The notes: generated from the letters alone by a model not told the origin. Positions 39,301 through 52,800 are shown, counted from the first letter of the stretch. The stretch: 64,000 nt of DNA from Epiperipatus broadwayi (GCA_028023455.1 JAQFVV010000003.1:18104001-18168000), one strand, 5' to 3'. Numbers and translations are program-made.

Positions 39301-41945
39301 ATGATGTGATGTGATGTATTTGGCTTCTCCTTAAACGAAGTCAAGAATATCTCAGCAACTATGCCCAGATAAACCTGTTAGCCACTTTATTTTCCATTCC
39401 CCACTCTAAGTCTACCCATATTTTGCCCCATCCCATTTCCACAACATAATCTTTGTCAACCCTATGGCCTTTAAATCTAAATCCCCCTTATCTTTTCGCA
39501 AACCCAGCATAAAAACTAATAACTCACTTTCTGTATAGTCACTTTGTTCATACCTATTCTCCCATAACTTCATTATCTGTACCCTTTCTGCTTTCAAGCA
39601 TTTACATTCATGCCTAATATTTTCTATACCTTCCTTACACAATTTGCACGCTAAATCGCCCATAGTTTTCTATTTACATGTATATTCTCTTGTTGCTAAA
39701 GATCCCGTTTGAGCCTTAAACAATAAACTACTTTCCTTACTATTATCATAAATTAACTCGCTTCCAATATTCCGTTTACTTCTATATATATTTAAACTCT
39801 TCTTACCCTCCATACTACTTCTCCATCTCTCCATCTCCCTATTTTTTATTAATGCTTCTATTCTTTTATCCCATTCCTTACCACTATAACACTCAACAAT
39901 CCTCCTAACACAATCATCCCACCTTTTATACAAGTCTACCGATATAAATTCTTTATCCAAATCTTTTGCATACTGCATTACCTTTCTCACCCATCTTGTT
40001 ACCTGCCCTTTACTCATAACCCAATTAAACACTATTTTGGCTATTCTTTTACTATCCATAAACTGCAACCTACCAAACATTTTCATTTTACTTTTTGCAT
40101 CTCTCATATAGAAACTTGACCATCCCATTTCTCCTTGAATTGCCTCCTTTGCTGTCCACATCTCTGCATCTAATGCATGTCTTCCTACTTCCCTTTGTAC
40201 TTTCTCTAAATAATCTAAAATCCTTTTACTAACACATAATGCATCATTACCATATGTTAACTTTGCTACTGCAACTCCCTTCCATACAATGCTAGCTACA
40301 CCATATTTATTATATGAAAATACTGTTAGTTTCTTTACCAAACCCTTTTTTTTCTTTGCTTCATTTATCAATTTTTTCTCCCATTCATCCAAGCAATTTG
40401 CCTGATTACATAAAAAGATTCCCAAATACCTATATCTATCCACCACACTTAACTTTATATCCCCCAATAAAAAATCTACATCCTCTGTTTCCCCAGTATT
40501 AACCATCATTATATTTGATTTTTCTTCACTAAATTTAATCCCCCATCTCTTTAACCACCTTTGCACATATCCTCAACATAATATCCATATCTTCTCTTTT
40601 TTCTGCACATAAAAAGATATCATCTGCAAAAAAGACCCGATAAAGTATATACTCCTTTGCCACCTATTAACGGTATCTCTACCCTTCTTCCTAGTCTTTC
40701 TATTGCTTTCTCCATTTCACTCAAAAACAACAAAAACAAAATCGGTGACATAGGGCATCCTTGCCTTAATCCCACCCCATTTTTAACTTTAACTGATTCT
40801 ATATCCTCTAATTGGTAAGTATAATAATTATTTTCATATAATTTCTTAATAATATTTATTAAAGCTTCATCCATTCCCAAATTGGCTAATCTTACCCATA
40901 ATCTATTTCTATTTATTCTATCATATACTTTTTCTATATCTATAAAACTCATATATAACGATCTACCTGAATTCCTACTCATCTCCATAAGTTGTGTAAC
41001 TACAAACAAACTATCTCCTATACGCCTATCTGATCTAAAACCTCCTTGCATTTCCCCCACTACATTATTCTCTTCCATTCATTTTACAACTCTTCCAGCT
41101 ACCATATATGCGAAAACTTTATATAAAACTGATGTTACCGCTATCGGTCTATAATTATTTAACTTTCTATGATCTTTACCCTTTCCTTTAAATAATAATC
41201 TTACTCTTTGTATTACTCCAACTACCTGGAAAAACTGTCTTCTGTGCCATCTTATTAAAACATGATAATAACTTTGCGTTTGCTCTATGCCCTAAATTCA
41301 TTACCATCTCTGCTGCCCATCCATCTAAACCTCTTGCCTTTCCACTTTTCAGTCTCTTCCCTGCCTCATTCAGTTCATTTTTTGTGAACCTAATCTTCCC
41401 ATTACTAACTGCTTTCATGTTTTCTATCACTAATTCCTTCACATCTAGCATCTTTTCTATATCCATTACATATCTATTTAAGATTTTCTCTAGCTCACCT
41501 CTAGAGCTGCATTCTATTCCCTCATCATCTATTAATGCTATCTCTCTTTCCCCTACATTTCTCCTTTTAATGTAATTCCATATTTTTTTACTCCCATCTC
41601 TTCCACTTTTATTAATATCCTCCAACAATTTACTATTTAACTTCATCCTCTCTCTATAATTATCCATTTTAGCTAGCTTCTTCTTTTCTAAGTACTTTCC
41701 CCATTTAGCATTAATATCATTTTCACTTTCTTTATTCTTAATAGCACACTTATATTCTTTGCATGCTTCTTTCCTCTTTTTTATACTTTTACTAACTCTC
41801 CTTTTTTTATTACTTTTATTCTTCTGCATATTCTCGACTAAAATCCTATTTGCCACTTTTTCTATTTCACCACGCCAGTCCTTATACTCATCCCCAACCA
41901 ACTGCTCCATGGTTTATTCAACTTTTATTTTATACTCTTCCAACT
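39301..41945 (-). mobile_element. 5'-truncated LINE (RT plus C-terminal CCHC-like motif), clade not assigned
   Basis: Motifs KARGLDG, YRPI, QGGFR, FIDIEKVYD, GLRQGCPMSPILF, (frameshift) LFADDI at ~40612-40630, YRYLG and CKLCKEGIENIRHECKC. (ACATC)3 tail at 39301-39318. No endonuclease domain is retained. Confidence 0.85.
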
Positions 41946-42296
41946 AAAACTCTTCATACAGTAACGCCACTCAGTGCAAGCCAGAGTAATCAATGGATGC
42001 AGAAAGGTTTGTGCATAAAATCCCTATCTAGTGTCTACTCATCCAATATCCCCAAAATAATTTCTAGCATGTGACTTTCATTAGTGAGGAACCTTGGATC
42101 TGAGAGTACTGTATCTAGATCCTTTGGGGATATTGAATGAGTAGGCACTAGATAGGCATTTTGTGCACAAGCCTTTCTGCATTCATTGATTACTCTGGCT
42201 TGCACTGAGTGGTGCTACTGTATGGAAAGTTTTGCCTCTGTTAAACAGTTTGTGTAGAATAAAGAATGATGATCATATGATGTTTAGTGGTTTAAT
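41946..42296. mobile_element. Foldback copy of hammerhead family 1
   Basis: The minus arm 41946-42122 includes a degenerate ribozyme (CTAATGA...GAAAT). The plus arm starts at TGGGGATATTG (42124), just after the predicted cleavage site. Confidence 0.75.
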
Positions 42297-43630
42297 ACAT
42301 AATAAGATAAGGCTGTGTTGTTTGCATACCTAATAGCAACTGTTTACAATTTTAATTGTTATAACGAGATATCATTTTATACATAAAAGTGCATGTAAAT
42401 TGTGAATTCTCATGTATTCTGTATAACATTTCAAATGTATCAAATATTTTAACAAGTGCCATTTCCAAGAGGTAATATATATATTATCAAAATTATTTAA
42501 AGTTTTCTACTTTTATTGCAAGGAATGGTTAGTGCATGAGTCTTTCATGATTGTGATATAGGATTTGAATACTTTCCAGATACGTATGATTTAAAAAAAA
42601 ATTCCAAACAGGTTTAAAATTTGGTTTTAGTTTGTCAGTCCACAGCTAATGCAGATATCTATCCAATGATTGATTGATTTTATCTAGGGGGATAAAACAA
42701 AGATTGACAAGTATTATAACAAAATCTCAATACATTACAAAATAATGTCTTTTTTTTTGAGGGTAGTGGGCTTATATGGGGTTTATTTTTATCTGTTTTC
42801 TTTATTCTTTTTATTATTTGTAATCTTAAAAGAGAAAAGAGAAAACAAGAAATATCCAGAACTAATTTCTGGTAAAATCATATCTCAGTAGGTGGGTGGG
42901 CTAGGCTCAATTATTTGATTACTTCATTTTCAGCTAAAACAATTTTTAGAATGTGTAATGGACTAGATTATTTAAATTGTATGTCAAAGTTAGAGGTGCA
43001 CACATCAAATTGTTGGGTATCAAACACAATATACAGTAATATGAAGAGGCAGATAGATAGAGATATACATATATATGTTTGCATTTCATTATATTTGAAG
43101 ATATCATAAAGAGTTATTTATCTTGGTCATAGTTTACTTACCATAAAATATATTTTAATATCTTATCGTTATAAAATGTATTTTTTTAAAAATCTTTTTT
43201 ATCTTAGCTCATCAGGTATCTGTATCTTATATATATTAGTTTAAATAAAAAAAAAATATTTTTTTTTTTAATTTACTTTATGGCAGATAAAAAATAAATT
43301 ATACCATATTTAGAACAATTTATAAATAGTTGAGGGTAATTTAGATTGTTAGATAAGCAATTAAGATTGGATCCAGACAGCATTGCACTGACATCAAAGT
43401 AATTACTTTGGCATTCATAAGAGAAGGGGTGAAAGGGAGATGTAAGCATTATATAAATGTTCTAAAGTCTAGTTATTTGAGCTTCATCTTAAATAATTAT
43501 AGAAATGTTTAATAACAGTCAATCCAAAATTGTACTTAGAAAGTTTATATTTAATGTATATTGTCTTTCTCAATGGATATTTGGATTACCCAGGCATAGG
43601 GGTACTATGAAAATTGTAATTAGTGAGAGT

Positions 43631-43742
43631 TTTTTTTTTTTTAAGTGTCATAGCATCGGTCGGGACGCGAACTCGCAACCCGGGCAACTGCCTGCAAGTG
43701 CAAGGCAGTCTGCGCTGACCTCTCGACCACCAATGCAAGACT
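43631..43742 (-). mobile_element. tRNA-Gly-derived SINE
   Basis: Reverse complement GCATTGGTGGTCGAGAGGTCAGC...CCCGACCGATGCTATGACAC(A)n. 15-bp TSD AATTAGTGAGAGTTT at 43618-43632 and 43744-43758. Confidence 0.85.
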
Positions 43743-44653
43743 AAATTAGTGAGAGTTTGTTATTGCTTTTTTCCTGTTTAACAATTTATTCTAGTAACTT
43801 TAATGAGCTCTGTTGTTATGTAATAGTAAAATCATTGTTCTTTGAAGACATGGGTGCAAATTCAAATACTGTGATCATTGATTAATGCAACTTATAAAAA
43901 TGTTACCATTTTTCATTTACTGTGAGCAAAATTCATTTAATAAGAAATATCTTTATGGACCATATTTTAAATGTAGTTATAACTTCAAATATTGCAACTG
44001 TTTCTCAGAATTCATTGTTCGCACTAGTCTAGATCTATTTCTGGTTATATGTAAGTCACAGTTTCTATAAATGTTACAATATCAGTTGTCTGAAAAAAAA
44101 TAATTAAATTATATAATAAACATTCTTTTAATTATATTTTAATATAAAATAATAAATAACATGTGCAAAGATAATTATTGTTTCAAGAAAGTTGTTGGCA
44201 TTTTTACACTCCTGCATAAGAAATTGGCAGAGAATGGTCTAATTGATTACATTATTAAGATGGACATATTTAATTTAAATATATTAATTTTGATACTACA
44301 AGTTGACATCAACTTTTGAAAGGACGTGGATGACATAATGCTTATTATTTAAAAAATTATTCAATGTGGTAAGTAGGAGTTTGAGTCTATTTTTTCCATG
44401 CAGTTTGAAATGACATTTCCATATCTTATATTACTGCTGCTCAGTACAAGTATTAATAAATGAAACATTAGAAAAAAAAAAAAGCAAAGCTTAAAGTAAA
44501 ATTGAAGTAAGCTGTTTCAATTAATCAAAAATAGGATTTAGAATGTTTGAACAAGAATCATTTTTAGTTCACTGCTTAATGACAGGTTGAAGTTACCAGA
44601 CAATTGTAGCCATAGTTAAGTGCTAATACCTGCTTAATTATAATTTAGTCAGA

Positions 44654-44763
44654 TTTTTTTTTTTTTCTATATATCATAGCATTGGTCGGGAGGCAAACCC
44701 ACAACCATCTGCAACCAACTACTTGCAAGACGGCTGTGATGACCTCTTGTCTAACAACGCTTG
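44654..44763 (-). mobile_element. tRNA-Gly-derived SINE (diverged)
   Basis: Same head and tail as the other copies. TSD ATAATTTAGT(C/T)AGATTTT at 44640-44657 and 44764-44781. Confidence 0.8.
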
Positions 44764-45719
44764 ATAATTTAGTTAGATTTTGTGCTACATATTATTTTTT
44801 TCAGTGATCAATGTGGATTGATAGATAGTTTTATAAATTCCATACAGTCTTAGCTTTTTTCAGCAGTTTCTACAATTTGGATATACACTATACCATTTTC
44901 TTATCAAGATAATAACATTACCTCAAATATTTGATGAAAATTCATTAAAGTTTATGATATAGCTAAAAATGTTGATATTTGAATACATTGTATTAATGAA
45001 GATGGCATGCAGTGGTAGTTTACCTTGATCTCTTTCTGACAGGAAATGTAATTACTTAATCAAAATGCTTAAATAGCTCATTCCAAGACAAAAAAATTTT
45101 TATGCTTTTGGTCACAAAATGATAGTAAAAATGTGACCCTTTGGGTTTTTTTGTTTCAACTTCAAATTAAGAATTACTAGGTATCTATTTACTGACTAAG
45201 AATTGCATGCTGTATTTAAAATTCTCATTTCAAATTTTATCTGAATTTGAATCCCAGGCTCTCAGATAACAGGTAGATATACTCTCTACTACACAAAATT
45301 TTGACTGTTTTATGAATATTTAATCAGTTGAAACATATTGATAAACATGATCGTGGGGGGGAGGCATTTATCTTGTTAGTGTTGTTTTTATAAATAAATA
45401 ATGGCAATAAATATTATAATGCTACCAATAATACTCAAGTGTTTCAGCAGTGTAAATAGAATTATGCAACAGGGACAAATTATCATCTGAAACCTATTAT
45501 TATCATGCACAAAGAGTGCATCACTTTTCATATAAATAATGTTGATATGTATTTGAACCCATGGGTCTTAAATAAATTCTTAATAGAGAATAGGTGCTAG
45601 GCAGTCATACAATAAAAGCCTGCAAAATATTATTGTTAGTTTCTGGCTAGAATGTCTTTTTATAAGTATTCTAACACAAATTCTCATATTTAACATTTTT
45701 AAATTACAATTCACAGAAT

Positions 45720-45944
45720 TATAAATTTATTAAACGCTCACTATTATTTCAGTAATAGTTTTAACAAGGCTGTAAACCTTAGCAATGAGCGTCTGAAAAA
45801 ATCGTCACTAGGGACCTCTGTAGGTCTTTAAAACACATGCTTACGCTATGAAGAAAAGAGCGTAAGCATGTGTTTTAAAGACCTACAGAGGTCTAGTGAC
45901 GATTTTTTCAAACGCTCATTGCTAAGGTTTACAGCCTTGTTAAA
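45720..45944. mobile_element. Near-perfect foldback insertion (family 4)
   Basis: Arms of ~90 bp spanning 45758-45946 with the loop ATGAAGAAAAG. An extra ~38 bp on the left carries AATAAA on the minus strand. 14-bp TSD ACAATTCACAGAAT at 45706-45719 and 45945-45958. Confidence 0.8.
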
Positions 45945-48000
45945 ACAATTCACAGAATGAAGATTTAATATGAAAATAAATATTTTTGACTATAATAATG
46001 AAGAATAGATATTACGAAATAAGTGAAGAACAAAATAGAATTTTTAATGTTTTAGAAAACATTAACTTGTCCGTCTATAACCAATTCTACATAAGCATTG
46101 AATATATAATAGGCACGAAATGGCAGAGTGTAAAAATTTATAAGATCTTTTTCTGGCTAGTTGATTTTTTTGTATGCAGTCTTTTACTAATTTAATGCCT
46201 TGGGATTGCTAACTCTGGAGTTCAATATCCATGGATTGCTGCCTAATTCTATTATTTCTGTCATTCAAACTTATTGTGAACTAAAAGGCAATAAAATTTT
46301 TCAATTATTTTAATCATTTAATAAAATTCAATCTAATAGTTTGAAAACTTTGAACTGTCTAAGGTTTTGAACTCAATTGAATTTGCTTTTATAGCTGCAA
46401 GGGATTGATAGCAATGCAACAACTACATATTCTAATAGTATCAGTTGTTTAGCTAACTGAAACTATTTCTAATCTTTTGATAAAAAGAATAATGCATACT
46501 TAAATAAATCATCTTCAGTTTTTTCATTTTATTATATACATAATATATATTGATTAGTATGATGTATCCATCAAAAACTGTTTTTATATGGCTGTTTTCA
46601 ATAGATAGTACATAATTATAGTTCATATAAGATTATCCATAAAGCTGTTTGTAAAAATTTATTACATCTAGTGTTTGTAAATGTTAATAATATATTAAAT
46701 CATTTATTGTTGCAAGATATTACACTAATTAGCATCTCTTTCTGCTGTGATGATTGTATCTGTCTTTGTCAGAGAACCTTTTGCTATCAGTTTTTTCTTT
46801 TCTAGCGTTTGAAAATATGAACTATCTTACATTAGAAATTATAAGTTTAATTCTGTTAGAAATCTCATCAATACTATAATAAAAAATTATCAGTTATTGA
46901 AAAGATCAAAATTTTTTATATCTTCTTTTTAAATAATTAATGAAGGTTAACTTTTGTATAATATCCTAACGTATAATCATTAGCCAAATATTTGACAATA
47001 ACAATTTTAATTAAAACAATGTCAAATTTTCTTTTTAAATAATCAATCATTGCTTTAAAAAATATTAATTAAAACAAAAGCATATTATATATATAGTATC
47101 TGACAAGAAGTGTGATGTAATGCATGTATGAAGCTATGGTGATCATCTGTCCAACTAGATTTCACCATGAGTTGCTAAATATATATATAGTTGAATAAGT
47201 GATGAGTATCTCATTTGATGATGATAACGTGATCAGATTTGCTCTTCGGTACATCATATTGTACCAATAAAATAAAATTAGCTTATATTTGCATGCACAT
47301 ATATTCAACAATGATTAGTGTACTATTCCTAATTATACAGATATTCAATTGAGAAGAAATAAGACCATCTGCGATCTGGATAAGGCCACTAATCAGTAAA
47401 TCTGCACATAGATCAATACATATAAACCAACTATAGAACTTAGCCATTAAAAACAATTACTCCTTTAGCTTATGAGAACATGAAATCACAGTATTTTGCC
47501 ACAGTGGCAGGGATTACATATATAGAAGGGCTATTGAATTGAGAATATAGAACTAAGATTATAACAATAAAATATTATACAATTCATAACAGTAATGGTT
47601 CATATTTATAATATGAATATGGCCAGTTGAATATGTAAAAAAGTTTATTAAAATGTATTTTCAGGTGTCCAATATTTAAAGTATTAATTCAGATAACTTT
47701 CTTACTCAATATTAAAATATTTAAATTGTAAATTAATTTTATTTCTATTTTCAAAAGGAAAATGCATTTTTTCAAAGTATTGTTTAAAGTATAACTAAGC
47801 ATATCAAATACACAATTTACAAAAAAAAGAATGCATACAAACACATACATAAATTATACAAGTAAATCTATAAAATTTTTATTCTAAACTAGAATAATGC
47901 ACAAAACTATTATATATACATAATCATTTAAAGTTACAGGAAAGTTTTTCTTGCATGAAATTTCTAGCATAGTGTGAGTTGTGGCTTTAATTAATAGGTT

Positions 48001-48514
48001 ATGTTGGACTATTTCATCATTTATGAGTGAATGTTGAATGTATAGAAAATTTTTAAACTTTATTTAAACTTTCCAAAAACAAGCAACTTGTTAGTAATAA
48101 CACACAAATAGACAATACAGGTTAGTAATTACACAGTGTTTCGAGTAGTAGTATTCTCCACTCTTCTTCGGGTGTTGCTGGCCTATATGCCCAGTGACAA
48201 TATTCGCTTAGAAGTTGAATTCGCACCTTTAGATTCTTGAATATCGAATTTAAGGCAAACGCTCTACCAACTGAACTATTCCATCAAAGGCATATAGGCC
48301 AGCAACACCAGAAGAAGAGTGGAGAATAATACTACTCAAAACGTTGTGTAATTACTAACCTGTGTTTTCTATTTGTGTGTTATTACTAACAAATTGTTTG
48401 TATTTGTAAAGTTTAAATTTTTTTATACATTTAACATTCATTCATAGATGATGGAAATAGTTCAACATATCACATCTAATAAAATATACCATCATCACAA
48501 ACCTTCAGACAAAT
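48001..48514. mobile_element. Solo foldback of the tRNA-hammerhead PLE terminal repeat
   Basis: Arms ~48001-48190 and 48288-48470, with the tRNA-Phe-like segment (minus strand, 48195-48285) as the loop. Each arm carries a hammerhead remnant. Confidence 0.8.
48305..48349 (+). ncRNA. Minimal type I hammerhead, family 2 (degenerate)
   Basis: ACAC-CAGAAGA-A-GAGT..ACTC-AAAAC-GTT-GTGT. The sister copy on the minus strand (48131-48175) reads ACAC-CCGAAGA-A-GAGT..ACTC-GAAAC. The consensus with the 31 and 33 kb copies restores CUGAAGA and GAAAC. Confidence 0.6.
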
Positions 48515-49703
48515 GCCTTTTTTAAAATTGAAATAGTCCCCCCCCCCCGTTTAAAGTAACATTAATTGCTTATATGTAAACTTCTGTGATGGTATTTAGG
48601 CAATATAAAAATTATAAATCCATTAAACTTGGCATTAATTCTTAAGCATCTTTCTTGATGTATCTCAGTGGGCTTTACTTGTAAATAGTAGTTTATGTAT
48701 GAGCTAAATATTCGTAAAACTCATCAAGCAGCTTGTAGTTTTGCTTGAGATGAGATTTAATAGATGATATTTATTAGATAATTATAAGAAATAAGCTACA
48801 GATAATCCAAAAATTTTTAATTGATTGTCAGTGTTGTAATGTGATTATAGCTAAACAGTTCACCTGCCTCATCTTTGCAGAGGTACTTTTTATATATTCC
48901 TAACAATGAATTATTAGAAAGCAACTTTCAAAACAAAAAAATAGGATAAATGATTTGTTATCAAAAAAATTAATTGGCATCCAATGTAATTAATTTTTAT
49001 AAAAATAAATAGATTTCTCTTTCAAAAAACTAGTCTTTTAGAATTTTACTAGTTGAAATGAACAAAATATAATTAAAAGAAAGTTTTAAATATATTAAAA
49101 TAAATATATTTTTAAAGTAAATTCTAAAATCTAGCAATTAATATATTATTCTCTTCTTTATTTTCACTATTAAAAAAAAAATTAAATTTATATAATTTTA
49201 AAAAATTTACTATTATTTATTTTATTATTATATATATGTCAACCTAGCATTCCATAAATTAAAAGGCTTAAATTGTTTATAAATAAATTATATGACAGGT
49301 GATGATACTCGAGCATCTTACTATATACATATTCTAGTAAAAACCTACAAAATACTTGCTATCATATTAATATTAATTGTGCTTTCTCTTCTCATTCAGT
49401 TTCATGTTTGTAATATGTTAATGTTTGACTTAATTTTTTAAATAAAGTTAATTAAAAGTTGTACACTTTTTAAATATAGTTCACTGTACTCTTAAAGTGA
49501 TATTATAAGCTCTGTAGTGTAAAAATTAAATAAAGATGGCTGTTGGATGTATAGGTACTAAAATCAAAAACCATTTACTAACGAAAGTTATTGGCCAGAA
49601 ATTTGTCTGGAATTATGAATATAGCACTACCATCTAATGTCCACTGATTATTCAAGCTTATAATAGATGACTCTGGAGTAGAAGACATTATTGCTTTTAA
49701 AAG

Positions 49704-49812
49704 TTTTTTTTCTTCTCATGTGTCATAGCATCAGCCTGGAAGCGAACCCGCTAACCCGGGACAACTGCTTGTAAAGCAGCTGTCGCTGACCTTTCGACCA
49801 CCAATGCTTAAC
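49704..49812 (-). mobile_element. tRNA-Gly-derived SINE
   Basis: Reverse complement GCATTGGTGGTCGAAAGGTCAGCGACAGCTGCTTTACAAGCAGTTGTCCCGGGTT... 15-bp TSD TGCTTTTAAAAGTTT at 49692-49706 and 49813-49827. Confidence 0.85.
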
Positions 49813-52800
49813 TGCTTTTAAAAGTTTATGTTGAATGTAAGCAAAAAAACAAAAAATTAATTTGTTAGTTATTCTTTAAACCTGCCATCAATAATAATGG
49901 AATTTGCAACTTTATTTGCATTAATATTGAAGACAGTGTGGATAAGTTGATGCGATAATTTGTTGCTTTTATATTGTCCTTTCAGTTATTCTAGACTTTT
50001 TAATCTACATTCCAAAAAAAAAAAAGCATTCCAAATTACATCTTAATTCAATTGTTGATTATTATTTTTGTTTTATCAACTTAAGATATATTTTAATTTC
50101 TTTTTAAAAAGTGGATAATGAACATATAAATTTTGAACTGATGATTGGCATGATAATTTTATCCAGATGATTTGAAAGGGTCAGCAATAATTATAACTGT
50201 TTTAATTTTAATTAATTACTTTAAAGAAATGCTTTGAATTACATAATAATATCTTCTAAAATTAAGAATGTATTGAAATGGTAGGAAATGTCTAAATAGT
50301 TTCTTTTATATATCTGGTGCAACATTTTTCAAAAATTGTTGAAATATTTGTATGTTTACCCTAATATTTGGATTCCTGTAAAAACTTCTGTTCAGATCTG
50401 AACATGATAAACACATTATATTTGTTATAAATTTGTCATAATGAATGAATTAATTAATTAATATGGCTTATGAAAAGATGATTATTATAGTAAAAAAAAG
50501 TTAAAAGTAATTTTTTTTTCTTTTGGTAAATTTTTAACATATAATATTTTTTTAATTAGTCTTTTTTTTTTTTTTGATCACCATCCTGTCAAGATGCCAA
50601 ATTGTAAATATTGAGTAAGTTTATTTCTAGGTAGCTTGACAGAATCATTTTCTATTTATTTGATCTGGTATTAATTAATAGCTTCCATCCAATAGCATAG
50701 AACTTTATAACATCCACAATTTTGTTTATATATCATCTGGTACTAGATCAGCAATGACCTCAGTTTTAAGTTAATAGTAGGCACCTTTGATTTTTTATTA
50801 ATAGAACAATCAATGTTTACAATTTCACATTTAAAATGTAAAGAGATGTCACCAGATGAAATCATATGGCAGTACAGTATTTTAAAAATATATGGTTTAA
50901 TTTAGTTTCATTAAAAGAAAATCAGTTGAGGATTTTTAGATTACCCTTTTTAAAAATAAAAAAAAACTACAGATAGTTTCTATCTTAAAAATAGAGAAAA
51001 AATATTGTTTTTTATCTATTGAAAATTGAAATTGTGTACTTTCAAAAATATTATAACATATTGAATTGAACAAATAAAATGCAGATATAATTAAAATTAT
51101 CACTGTATGTGGATTTTTATTTATTCACTTAATGTATACCGTGATATGTTGCCTGATCAACACTGAATGGATGATTTATGATAGAAGCAACATGCATGAC
51201 ATCTTGTACGAAAATAATAACTTTAAGTAGTCTATTATATGAAAAAAGTCTTTGCAACACTTCATTGCAAATACCAAAGAATACTAATAGAATAGACTTT
51301 ATTTATCATGTTGGTAGATGGGTTTTTATGGGTTTTTTTTTCATTCTTTATCTTATTTTCAACATAGAATAACTTGATTATATTATGTTTTCTTGTAATT
51401 GTTTTATTTCTAATAATGATTTACTAATGAAATATAAAAATTATTATTTAATTCATTTCTTTTATTTAAATGGATCATGCTTTTGAATTCAAGATATTTC
51501 TCACAGTTGCCATCAGTAATAAACAGGTTAACTATTGATGATGGCACAATAAATAAGCATGGCTGAAAATATAAAGTTTTATATTATATATAGCACTCCA
51601 TAAGTTAAGCATCATAAGAAAAGAAGTTAAAGTAGATGAAACAAATGCTTATGTCCTGCACAATCTGTATTCAATCCATTAAATTTTATAGCAGATTTTC
51701 ATTGACTTCTATTTCCTACAAATAGAATTATGAGTCTTGATTCTGCATAGCTCAGATACATTGTGGACTTTAAAACATGTTAACTTATTGATAACATTTT
51801 AAGAAAAATTTGAATCTATTTTTGCTAGGCAGTAATAAGGCTGAATATATTTTTTAAAAATTACATTTTCTGTGGATGTTTTCATTAACAATCGTGTATT
51901 ACTTAGCTCAGAAAAGGAAATTATTTATAGTTGAATTATATGTTAGTAATATATTTTTAGAGATAACTCATAAAAAACATCAGCTAATTAGAACTAAGAG
52001 TAATTTGTTTAAAAAGAATCAATTATTTCTGATAATCAAATATTATAAGCTTTTATGAAGTGAAAGTCCATTTGCGCAAAGCCTTGTGCTGTTTGAGCAC
52101 CAAACCAGTAATTTAAACATAAGAACTGAGAATCTGTCCTGGAAGTATTACTTCAAAAATCTGAAATCTACCACTGTGGTAAACTTATAGGGCTATATTT
52201 CAAAATATTAAGAATAATTGTTTTACGAAATCATTGTAAATAATAACCAAAATGTTTTGAAGAAATTACTCAATATATATTTCAGAGTTTATAATGTTTT
52301 CTAAAAATTTGAGTTCTAAACAAAATTGTACTAAATAAATCTAACAGTCTCTAGAATTAGAGAGATGAAAATATAAATACAGTACATGGAAATAAAATAA
52401 TTTTTTTTTTCATTGTATTTTTACAATTTAATAGTTATATAAAATTATACTATCTTTGATGTTATTTCAGATAAGAGAAAGTGGCTTTTCTGCTCTCCTC
52501 ACTTGATTTCACATTGCTCGCTCAACAATTGCAATGTGCACTTTAACACAATAGTAAAGTGTTGAGCTTAAGATTTAAAGGTTCTTGGAATAAAGATTAA
52601 TCTATTATTTCTAATGTTTGAATGTAACATGATTTCCAGAGCAACTAACCAGTTGATTATTTTTTGTTCTATAATACAATGGTAGCATGACAGATTCTAG
52701 AGATAAAAGTTTCTGGATCTAATTTTAGGGATGATAAATACTGCAATTTTCATCATAAAATAGAGTACAAAGCAATAAACAAAATTTTAATTTTTATAAA

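Noticed and set aside
47200-47260. C-box-like GTGATGA suggesting a snoRNA
   Set aside because: No D box or terminal stem at a suitable distance.
50600-50780. Possible mariner C-terminal remnant on the minus strand (DLVPDD, FYAIGWKL)
   Set aside because: Weak similarity in AT-rich DNA with no termini.
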